Of a stretch of 64,000 bases of DNA, positions 53,817 through 64,000 are shown piece by piece (within the stretch, counting starts at the first letter, position 1; every line of letters starts with the position of its first letter). The notes below the pieces were generated by a model, which did not search any database, was not told the origin of the DNA, and saw nothing but the letters and a program-made list of their open reading frames with translations. This DNA comes from Centroscyllium fabricii (lineage: Eukaryota), in assembly GCA_051313645.2 (NCBI GenBank), contig JBNRSN020000008.1, positions 90,458,001 through 90,522,000 on the forward strand, given 5' to 3'. Position numbers and translations under genes: made by a program.

Positions 53817-56034
53817 TCTGCAACCAAATGGCAACAAATCTCCATCACTGTATAGCAAATGTCACCATCTTTGCAACTGAAAACCACTCCAAGAATGAAT
53901 TTTAAATGCCTAGAAGGGGCAGAATCAAATTCTACCATTCTATAATTGAAATACTGCTTTTACAGCCTCTTGGTGCAGAAAAAATGCAGGAGGAGGTGGG
54001 AACTGAAATTAGTGAAATTTCAAATGACATCTTTGTACGCTTGCTAAGAGAGAATCCTGAGGATTAAACAGTGGCTAGCATAACTTATTCTTTATAAAGG
54101 GGTCAAGAGACCTACCTGAAAACAGACCAATAAACTTATCAGTTAGTTAAATTGATTTTTAAGGGATCTAGTGAGTGAATAGTTCCAAAAATGTAACTTT
54201 ATTAAAAGGACAGTGAGCATGGATTCAGGAATGGCAGGTCATGTTTAACTTAGTGATTTTCTAAGATATATTAGTGATATGAAGGACAAGTGAAATGTAG
54301 TTATTATATATTTAAATTTTCAGAAAGCTCGAGGGAAGGTTCCATGACTATGTTTAATGTGGAGTGTTGATCAAGTGTCACAACAAAACGGAACCTTTTA
54401 TTCAACTTTCCAACATTGATTGATCTGCTGTGAATTTCCTGCCTTTAGTGTTACTTCTACAAATATCAAAATGAAAACATCTGATGTTTCAGCACGTTTC
54501 TTCAGTAACTAAGGCACACAGATCAGGGCACACCCAGGTTGAATCTCTGGTATATGCTAAATTGCCTTTCACCTGAGACAGCAGCACCCTCAAGTGAGAG
54601 AGAGGAAAGTTGGAAAGGAATCCCGCGCCCGCTCCCGCTCGCGGTCTCTGCTTTCATGTGCACGCATGGATTTTGAGTGAGAATAGATGTGATGCCTCCC
54701 ATGGTCAAATACCGTGGCACACATTTTCACAGATTACATATTTTTGTTTAACAGTAAGTGCTTGAGACATCAGTGGCAAACTGGCTAAGAGGGCTGAGTC
54801 CAACAGTGAAAAGCCTAAATTAATTGTCATATCACTAAAACTTTGAGGATTAATGACTGTATCGATGTTAACTCAGTTCCATCATAGCCGTCAGCTTTAG
54901 GAAATCTCAATCAGCTCTACATGATTTTTTTCCATATAAGTGTACCTAGGTTTTAAGATCCATTTTGCAATGTAAAATTGATATGACAAATCTATTCAAT
55001 GGTCATTGTTATTTATTTTTTTTAAACACAACTGTGTTTTGGGTCCATTTTTCAAGGTAAAATTTAACTTTTGATGAAGGAAAATATGAATGTTAAAAGT
55101 TTTAATAATTTTAGTATTTTCCATTTTTTTTTAAATCAAAGCAACCAATGGTGAGGTTCCCCACAAAAATATTTTTGGCACTGAGTGAAATGAGAGTTGT
55201 AATACTATAATAAAACCTTTTACATTTTGTAACCAACTACACTACCTGTTAATAGTGAGGAGTAATTATGTTGAGAATGCAAACTTAATTGTGAAAAAAA
55301 TAACTCAGGCCTACTTTTAAGGTTCAATTGTTAAGTTTATTGTATGCACCAGCAAAACTGAACCACAGGGCAACTCGACAAATCCACTCTATGCATTGTA
55401 ATGTGTGAAATGCATAAAGAATCTTCAAAACTGATCACATATGCGACCACTAGCTCCCAGTACAATATTATTCAATAATACCTGTACTGTTAAACTGTGA
55501 ACTAAAAATATTTCCCAATAACATATTTTAAATCTTATAAATTTAAACAGATTAATTCAGTTTGTTGGAAATTAGGATATCCAAAATATATGGGGCTATG
55601 CGAATGAAATTGTGATGCAAATAATGCTGTGTTTACATGGTATTAAAACTGGAGACAAAGGCCGCGAATCTGTTCGTGGAGGTGGGTTGGCGTTGGGAAT
55701 GGAGTCAGCCTTCCGATACAATTTTGGTTTAATTGGGCTAATTGAGCCTGCCGTGTGGGTTACCCGCCCTCATCACAAGGTGCGGGTCTGTTCAGCTGCT
55801 CTGCTGACGCGTGTGCAGCTGGAGTACTTAAGGGGGCCATTCCAGAGTTACATCTGAAGGTGCTCAATATGTCTGCAGAGGCAGAAGGCAACTCCCCACT
55901 TCAATGAGGAATCCTTGCATGCTCTTTTGCATGCTCTTGTGGAGGGTGTCAGAGCTCGTCGTGAGGTCCTGTACCCGGGAGATGGAAGAAGGAAACCTTC
56001 TCAGCAGACGAAGACAGCCTGGCTGCAAATAGCT

Positions 56035-56960
56035 GTGATCAGAGATGGCCTAATGTGTAATTGACACGATGGAAGTAGAGAGCCCACGTGAGATGGCAAG
56101 GTCAAGGGTGCGGCTGTACATATGGGTTGAGGAGTTTATATGAAGGGAGGGATTAAGTGAGGATAGGAGTGCAGTGCACTAAGAGGAGAGAGGCCACGAT
56201 GAGTTGAGATGAAGGTTGAAATCACTGAGGATGAAAAGTCACACTGTGCAGAGGCTGAGGGAGGAAGGCAGTGAAGATATCTCGCTGACAAACTTGGCAT
56301 GTTGCTTGGGTGGGTGGCAGAGAACAATGATTTTAAAGGAGAGGCGAGAGGTGAGATGCTCAACTTAGGAGAAGGTGCCAGAGGAGTAGGGGGACAGACC
56401 ATGGTGTGATTTGGTGATAAGGCCATGCCGCTACTAGAGTGGCCTGGATGGGGCAAGTGGTGGAAGGTATAGCTAGGTGGGGAGACTTCATTAAGGTAGA
56501 AGGTGTCATTATCACCCCTCAGCCAAGTTTCCATCAAGCCCATGATGTCGATGCAATCACCCCCAATAAGATCATGGATGACAAGGGCCTTATTCACAAA
56601 TGAATGAACATTCTGGCGGGAGATGCAGAGAGGGGCGGTGATAGTTTATCTGCTGGCAGAGTCCACAGGGTCAGCGGTGGGAGGGGTGAGTGCGACTGGA
56701 AGGAGATTGGCAAGATTAATCCCTAACGTACATGCTGGTGGGAAGGTCGGTGAGAGAGTAGGATGGGACAGTTGGGTTGCTGCTTGTAAGGAGGCAGCAA
56801 TGAGTGTCTCGATGAGCCCTTCAGAGGATGCCAAGAAAGGCACATAGGGAAGCCATAGGCTTATCTAAGAGAGAGTCAAGCGTGGGATAGCGGCAGGAGA
56901 GTAGGAAAGTCGAGGAGTGCTGAAGGGGGCGAGGGATTTGGAGGGGCAGAGTACCCGAGA
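56035..56960 (-). mobile_element. L2-like LINE 5' fragment (APE endonuclease)
   Basis: NKALVIHDLI...IDIMGLMETWL in ORF 56136-56597. Confidence 0.7.
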
Positions 56961-57954
56961 GGGGAGAAATGAAAAGAGGCATGATGACAGGAGATGAGGC
57001 CTAGGAGGGGTAGAGAGAAAAGAAAAAAAAGAGGGGAAATAGAAGAGATGGGCTTAGTTCCGGAGCGGCAGCCAAAACGCACATGCGAATGGACACGGAA
57101 ACTCAAATTACATAGGCGTGGTTACATAGCAAAATTAGGATAGATATGTCCTGGTAATAAACTGAGAATAGAGAGGAAACAATAGGAGGGAGTCCAAAGA
57201 TAAAGTCAGAGGTTCCGTGGTTTGACAAAGTTGACATAGATAGGGTTGAGTCAACTTGGAACATCGACTGAGGCAGAAAGTTGTTAACACGATGAACATT
57301 GACCATAGCCTCAGTGCAAAAAGGTCTGCCCCAAACCATTGTTGAAGTAGAGTTCAGAAAGACTTTTGAAAGAGAGTTAAATAATGGTTTGAAAAAGAGG
57401 AATGTGAAAAAGCATGGTGAGCAGACGGAGCAGGAGATTATTTGGGTTTGGGCGGGATGGAGACTAAAAATAAAATTGAGGTTAGGATCAGATCAGCCAT
57501 GAGGGGCCGATTGGCCTACTCCTGCTCCTATTTCTTATGTTCTTATGTTCTATGTTCTTATGTAGGTCAATGGTAAGATACACTTGGACTCAATGCAGGA
57601 AGAGATTCAATTATCTCCTGTGCACAGGAAAAGTGAGTATAAGAGCACAATTCCCTTAATTCTGCTGTGCCTGTCATCACATCCCCCATCACTCTGCATT
57701 GTTAACCCGACCCCTGCACATTCACACTCAATCCAGCATCACTTGCATCATCAACTTTCCCTCTCTCCCTATGTACAGAATCACTACCCCATCTAACTAT
57801 GCAACCTTCACACCCACCTTCATGGTTATGCAACGACAACGACAACATAGAAGATAGGAGCAGGAGTAGGCCATTCGGCCCTTTGAGCCTGCTCCGCCAT
57901 TCAATGAGATCATGGCTGACAACAACTAGCAATTCAAAAGGAGGGAACTTGGTA

Positions 57955-58339
57955 CAGGTTGAACACCATTAATCCATTACCCGAAAAACCGGCAGCTTCG
58001 AACATCCGGCAACAATTTCCCTGACAGCCCTGCGCATGCGCAAAATGGCCGCCGCGCGTGGCTGCGCATGCCCGGGCCTCCCCGACTGGTCTGCGCATGC
58101 GCAACAAGGCCGCCGCGCTTGGCTGCGCATGCCCGGGCCTCCCCGAACGATTGATGCTTCGGTGAATGATCTGCGCATGCGCTGCTGAACAGCGAGTGCA
58201 TGCGCAGACTATTCAAAAATTTGCGGCAGCCATTTTGAATGCTCTGCGCATGCGCCACCGAAGCTTCAATCATTCGCCGTTTTCAACAATTCGGCAGGGT
58301 GCTGGTCCCGACCCTGCCGGATTAGTGGTGTTCAACCTG
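57955..58339 (+). mobile_element. pogo/Tigger-like MITE, copy 3
   Basis: TA|CAGGTTGAACACCATTAATCC...GGATTAGTGGTGTTCAACCTG|TA; internal ~60-bp duplication. Confidence 0.88.
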
Positions 58340-60769
58340 TAATGGGAGTAGTCTCCCTCCAAACATCTAGCTTATCCATTCTATAGACTCATTTCATCAT
58401 TCTCACTGAAAGTCTAATTTTTCCCTCATTGCAAGAAAAGAGAGCCCACAATAAGAGGGAGAGAACAGGAGGAGGACCACCATCTGTGGTGCAGCTGACC
58501 AATGCTGAGGCGGGCACCTCTAGACATTGCTGGAGGTCCTGAGGAGCTTGATGTGGGGGACGGAGAGACGGGCTCAGTAGAGCAACCTTAAGATCTGGAT
58601 CACAGGTCACACACAGATTACCCAAAGGATCTTAGGAGTTTGTATGGCGTTTTATTGAAGAGCTACAGTTTAAGCATAACTCAGATATTACTACATGTGA
58701 TTGAAATAGATACAGTAGACATACAACCCGTGACAGATGAGGGCGATCTACGGCCCTGGAACAGAACGAAACAACCGGACGAGCGGTGAGGCAGCACGGT
58801 GGTCTCGGATTGGGTGGATTCCTGCAGTCTGCTGCAGCGATCACTTCCTTTCGGTCATCCCTTGAGCTGTTGGCCATCAGCCACCTCAGAGGCTAAATAT
58901 AACCAAGGTGTTAGGCCGTATCCACCTCGGGGAAGCCTTCGCCCCATACTGCCTGATTTCCTCTCTCGGTCGTCTATATTTATAGTTATTTCGGTGGGCT
59001 GGTGATTACTGTACCTGGTGTCAATCATTTGTTCCCCATCCTATTGCCCAATTGCAAGGTTGAGGCTACCTATGACAGCCCACTCCCAGCCTCATGAGGT
59101 CATTTTCCTCCTCATCTCAGTTCTAAAGGTCTTGTTGCCCTCTTCAGACAGCTTGTTTATCCTGCAGCTCCTTGCTGCATCCTTTATCAGGCCTAGTTAT
59201 GCCCATTTGAAGGCCTATTTTTGTGTTTGCATTCATGGTGACTGTGAGTGTGCAGAGAATGGAGGAGTCCATCTCAAACATGAGCAATGCCATGGTGCAT
59301 GCAATGGCGAATGTGGGTTCCGCAATGGAAAGGATGGCAACCTCCATGGAGGACATCATTCACCAGAACCAAAACAACATGGTGACTCTAATAGATTGAT
59401 GGTTTGCTATGGAAGATAGAAGAGCATCTACTGTGGAGAGGAACCAGACATCCATGGACATCCCCATTATGAGGACTGTCAGTACAGAGACGGGTCCACA
59501 TGGTCACACTGATGTGCAGCAAGGTGCTATCAAGCTACTTGCTAGAAGAGAGGTGCGGGTGACCCATGAGAGGGATAATGGTGGGAGGGGACACGCAAGT
59601 GAGGGCTCCGGTCCAAGTGCTCAAACTTCCATCCCCCTTGCCAACCCCTCGGTCAGAGCCCCAGATGAGCACCCAAGCAGTGATGGCCGAGTCTGCCCCT
59701 GTGCAACCGCAGGAGGAGCAGACTTTGGCGGGGCCTTCACAGGCTCCAAAACTCAGAATACGAGCCAAAGGCGTCTAAGCAGGCGTAGTAGGGAGGTGGG
59801 CAGGCGGTCTCTACATCTGCTGAAGCACAACGTAGAAGCAGGCGTAAGAGAAAGATGACACGTTAATAACCACAAGCGTTCTCACTTGGGTGTTCTAATA
59901 GATTTAATTGTCAAGTTTCTGTTTTCTTACGTTGGAATCAATTTATGTTGAGTGAAGGTTTGACATCGTTGCCATATGTGTCCTGACAATTTGAAGTAGC
60001 ACAGGAAGAGCAAGTGCGCCTTTAAAATCCAACAATGCAGGTGACAGTGGATATAGAGTGAACACCACATACTTGCTGCCGAAACACAGAATGTGTCTCC
60101 CAAATTGTTTAATCACCAACCTCTGACATTTGAAACTGACCAGATTGAGAGTGCAGCTTTTAGACTGCAGTTGCAGCTGTGAACCTTACAGCTCGATGGT
60201 GTTTCCAACACACTTACCTGGCGTGTTCTCCGAACGTCGTGAAACCCGACCCAAAAGTAGGAAAATTGAAAAATGGTGTCAAAATAGCTCTAAACAAGCA
60301 CTCAACAAGCAGTTAAGTGCCTTTAATTCCTTACCCGCCGCTTGGTGGCAGGTCTGTTTTTAAATCACAGACCCAACACTTGGGACAGAGACATGGAGGT
60401 GGGTTTGCAGCGGGTTCAGAACCTGCAGTCAATCATTTTGGATTTAACCCCTGACCCGCCTCCAAGCGCCGGCAGAATCATGGCCAAAAAATCTCTTCAG
60501 GCTAGTATTAGAATAACTTAATAGATGCTTAGAATCTGCTCGTGTTTTGTTTCTCTGCAGATGTTATAGCATTCTGTACTGTGACGGTCATAAATAATCT
60601 TGCTTTCAAGCTCGCTATCTGCTGTTCTCCAGTTAGGGTTTCAACTTTGTTTATGTGTCTCTAATTTGACCAATTAATGCCTATGGTTCTTCTATCATTA
60701 CTAATCACCATGTTATACTACTACGGTAGGAATCAGAGTTAACTTAATATAACTGCTTACTTTACTTTA

Positions 60770-61250
60770 TTTTAATTTTATTTTATTTGTCACATACAAC
60801 ATTATACATGTACAAAGTGCAGTGAAATGCTTAGTCGCCAGCTCCATGTCTGTGCTCTCCGGATAACAATAAATACAAATAATAATTAATAATTACTTCA
60901 ATCGTCAGGGAGCAGTATGCCGACCCTTGGCAGCGTCTTCATTTCGGATCCGGATGGCTTGGGGATAAAAGTTCCTCCTAAGCCTCTCTGTGTTGGTCTT
61001 AATGCTGCGGTAGCATTTTCCTGACCGCAGCAGTGAGAAGAGGCCGTTGTTCGGGTGACTAGGATCCTTAATGACCTTCTTAGCCTTCGGCATGCACCGC
61101 CTGGTGTAGATATCCTGCAGGTTAGGGAGTGCACCCCCAGTGGTACGATCTGCCGACCGTACTACCCTCTGCAGGGCCCTACGGTCTTGTTAAATGCTGT
61201 TACCATACCAGGCGGTGATGCACCCCGACAGGATACTCTCAATAGTACAT
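60770..61250 (-). mobile_element. Rex1/Babar-like non-LTR retrotransposon 3' end
   Basis: DPSHPNNGLFSLLRSGKCYRSIKTNTERLRRNFYPQAIR; A-rich tail. Confidence 0.75.
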
Positions 61251-61346
61251 TTATAAATGCGAAGATAATGAAAAGTTAACTAGTATAAAAGATAAAGAAT
61301 CAAAGGAACTTAGGGGAGTTAAAATATCCATCAGAATGGAACAGTC

Positions 61347-62395
61347 TGTTAGATTAAAGAGAGATAGTTTGGATAATGGCAGGATGAGCAAGACAAAGCT
61401 GATGTGGGCCCCTTGATGGAGAGGGTACGAGGTCAGGCCTTGTACTTGCTGTGCCAGGGAGGATAGGGACAAAGAGAAATAGGATGAATTCCAATGAAGG
61501 AACCTTCAAAATGTAAAAACAAGATAGATAAATTGGTAAAGGACATGAGACCCCTTTGAGGGAGGGCTTTCACCTCAGAATTGAGACAAAGAAGTCGATG
61601 TGCCATTGAGCACTCCGTTTTATGGGGAATCTCTATAGGCTAAATGGTCCAGTCAATAATTTGGCCCCAGGCCCACCCCTAAAAAGAGAAGAACAATGAT
61701 CTGAAAAACCCTGAGCACATACAGTGGGAGGGAGAACTCAACCCATTCTTGGAGGTTCTAGATGAGAGAGAGAAAGGTCATAAGCCGGACTGTTCACGCA
61801 CCCCAGCCGTCTGTCTGATCGGGACCGGTACCAGCTGCTTGTCATGGTTGTATGGTTTTGCTGTATAACTAGTGTGTTATATTCAGTCTTAAACTCTGAT
61901 TAAACACAATATTCCCACCATATTGGTTTGCAGTCGATCCTGATAATTTGAAAGAGATTGGTAATCTCTACAAGCTAACAATGGCGATCACAAGGGACTG
62001 CAAAAGGCTTATTGTGGAGAAACGAGTTGGGACGGGTTCGGTCTGTCTATATTGGGTTGTAAAGCAAAAACAAAATGGCAGGTGCGTATTATAAGGGATA
62101 ACGTCAAGAACAGTCTCTCAGAGAAGTTAGGGATCCAGGGGGCCCACGGGGTTGTCGGAGTCATCCAAAAGGACGGATGTAGTACTCCAAGTGCTTGGAC
62201 GAGATATCTCAAGTGAATGATAAGAAAATTAAACTTGTGGAAGCCGGATATAAACTGGCTTGCACAACCCATCTCTGCGCCAAGTGTGGAGACTTGAAAA
62301 ACAAACAGGAGAAGCAAAAAGAGCAGGAGAAAGAGTGGGAGAAAGAGAGGGGAAAAGATCAAAGCTGCATGCTAACCCATCTGAAAATAAATTAG
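61347..62395 (+). mobile_element. LTR/ERV-like remnant: LTR, PBS and degenerate gag start
   Basis: LTR end ...GCTAACA at 61980, then A-TGGCGATCACAAGGGAC, resembling a tRNA-Arg PBS; 5' boundary (TGTTAG at 61347) is tentative. Confidence 0.5.
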
Positions 62396-64000
62396 TCTGA
62401 TGAAATGGAGAAAGGGATAGATTCTGTCCCTTTTCTACATTGTGTAGTGTCCCTTAAAAAAATGTATGAATGTTTCGAAGCTACAAGCTGAGGGAAGCTC
62501 AGTCCTATTCTTCCTTTTGTGTATAAGGTTTGTTTAAATGTGAGAAAGCTAATTTTTCTCCAGTTATATTCAGTATTTTTACAGTCATTTGGAAAGGCAT
62601 CTGAAGAAAGTTCAATAAGAAATATGACATAATTTACTGTTTTCTGTAAGCATGTGCTATTTTGTTTTATTTTATCCACTTTGTATTGTGTTTAGTTGAT
62701 AAAATATTGGTCTGAATTAAATTGGAATTATTGAAGTTAATGAACCTATTAAATTGTGAAAACCCAACTGTCTTTTTCGATCGGGAAATTAAACATTTTT
62801 TTTACGTGAAGTGACGCAATTGCTTGCGTCTGACAATATTTGTTTCGCCTTCTTACAAACCTGCCAAGGAGTTAATCCTTTCCGCTGACAGCTGTTTTTT
62901 TTTAAATTCACCACACAACTTTTGTATTGCTGAATGAAATTTAAAGATATTGGACATTATTAAATTTAAGTTTCTTAATTTTAAGTGAATAATTCCCCAC
63001 AGTGACAGAAGGTAAATTATGATTTGACGAATTGACGAAAGCGATTGGTAATCACTACAAGCTAACAACTTGAAATATATTCAGGGATAGGAGAACTGAC
63101 CCAATCACTAGAGCAATTCCTTCGAGGCAAACAGCACATAAATAACTACCTATCTGAAATTAAAACGAAATAAAGAAAACAAAAAAACACAAACCATTCA
63201 AGCCTACCAGTTCATAGAGAAGTTGTACTGTAATTCCTTCTTTGATAGCAGAATGATTCCGTTCTTCCCCAAGCAATCATCCCCCTTAAGTAGGGCATAT
63301 TAATATAATAGACTCATTAATGTCCAGCACGTTAATGAGCATAAGGTGAGCGAGGTGTTAATTACACTGCAGTGAGCTTCAGAAATGGCCCTGGTGGAAC
63401 TCCTTTTAACCATGCAGAATATGGACTCTAGCTCAGTATTTTTTGAAGAGAACTGTGATGTAAACAGCAAATTGGTCACCTTACCAATAGGTCTTAAAAT
63501 ATAACACAACTCACAACGGAGTTTAAGTGAGATATATAACAATACTGACACCAGGTGTGGCCCTTTACAGTTTATATTTAAGTCCTCTTACAAACATACA
63601 ATGACATCACTATTGTTAACTGTATAATTGATTTCCTACAAATTTTGCACATAGCTATTGCTGAAACATTTGATAAAAAAAGCTACAAAATAATGATTTG
63701 GGAAAATGTTTTGCATTTGTGATCGGTGCAATTTAGAATTAGAGATGTAGTGACAGAATTTAATATGGGCTATATTTTGTGAGATCTAAAAAAGGGAGTG
63801 TTAACTGTTTATCAAGATCAAGTTGGTTTAACAGGTCCGCACCTAGAATGATGACAGTGAGAATGGGGATGTCGACTGCAAAACTACGCTATCAAATTGA
63901 AGTTACCTTTATCATCATATATTTATGATGCTACTGAGCTAAATAACGAGAACATTTTAACTTTAGAAAAACTGTGCACTTGTGAATCGTTAAATGCTAC

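Larger units (their letters stand above)
55660..60485 (+). mobile_element. Degenerate Harbinger-like transposon with Myb/SANT-like ORF pieces and nested insertions
   Basis: Imperfect termini GGCCGCGAATCTG / CAGAATCATGGCC, both flanked by AAA; peptides ATPHFNEESLHAL..VEGVRARREVLYPGDGRRKPSQQTKTAWLQIA (~55888-56033) and EKRAHNKRERTGGGPP (~58435-58482). Confidence 0.6.

Noticed and set aside
47899-64000. PSMD14 exon with the JAMM motif (GWYHSHPGFGCWLSGVD)
   Set aside because: Not found by eye; probably beyond the window end. Donor-like sites at ~49045, ~60215 and ~63905 do not encode the expected peptide.

Overview
Vertebrate genomic DNA, most likely a cartilaginous fish (shark), judged by its HE1/V-SINE-like, DeuSINE-like, CR1, L2 and Penelope-like repeats. 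Two genes lie on the minus strand in the same order as in other vertebrates. One is the complete six-exon T-box gene TBR1 (CDS 15592->10854, 677 aa). The other is the last five coding exons of the proteasome lid deubiquitinase PSMD14/Rpn11 (47898->19852). Each gene has one GC-AG intron with the same donor, AAG|GCAAGTTT. The rest is intronic or intergenic and rich in transposons: CR1, L2 and Rex-like LINE fragments, SINEs, three pogo/Tigger-type MITEs, a hAT MITE, Harbinger-like relics, an ERV-like remnant and a Gypsy-type LTR element. Seven Penelope-like insertions carry minimal hammerhead ribozyme motifs, and four of them are fold-back structures. The three most unusual signals are these. (1) The Gypsy element has no tRNA primer site but a self-complementary one, and its 3' end resembles a captured self-priming intermediate. 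(2) Three independent Penelope-like insertions truncate or fold back at the hammerhead CUGANGA core. (3) A MITE family has conserved ends and exchangeable tandem-repeat cargo rich in NRF1, YY1 and CRE motifs. All calls come from reading the sequence by eye; no searches were run.
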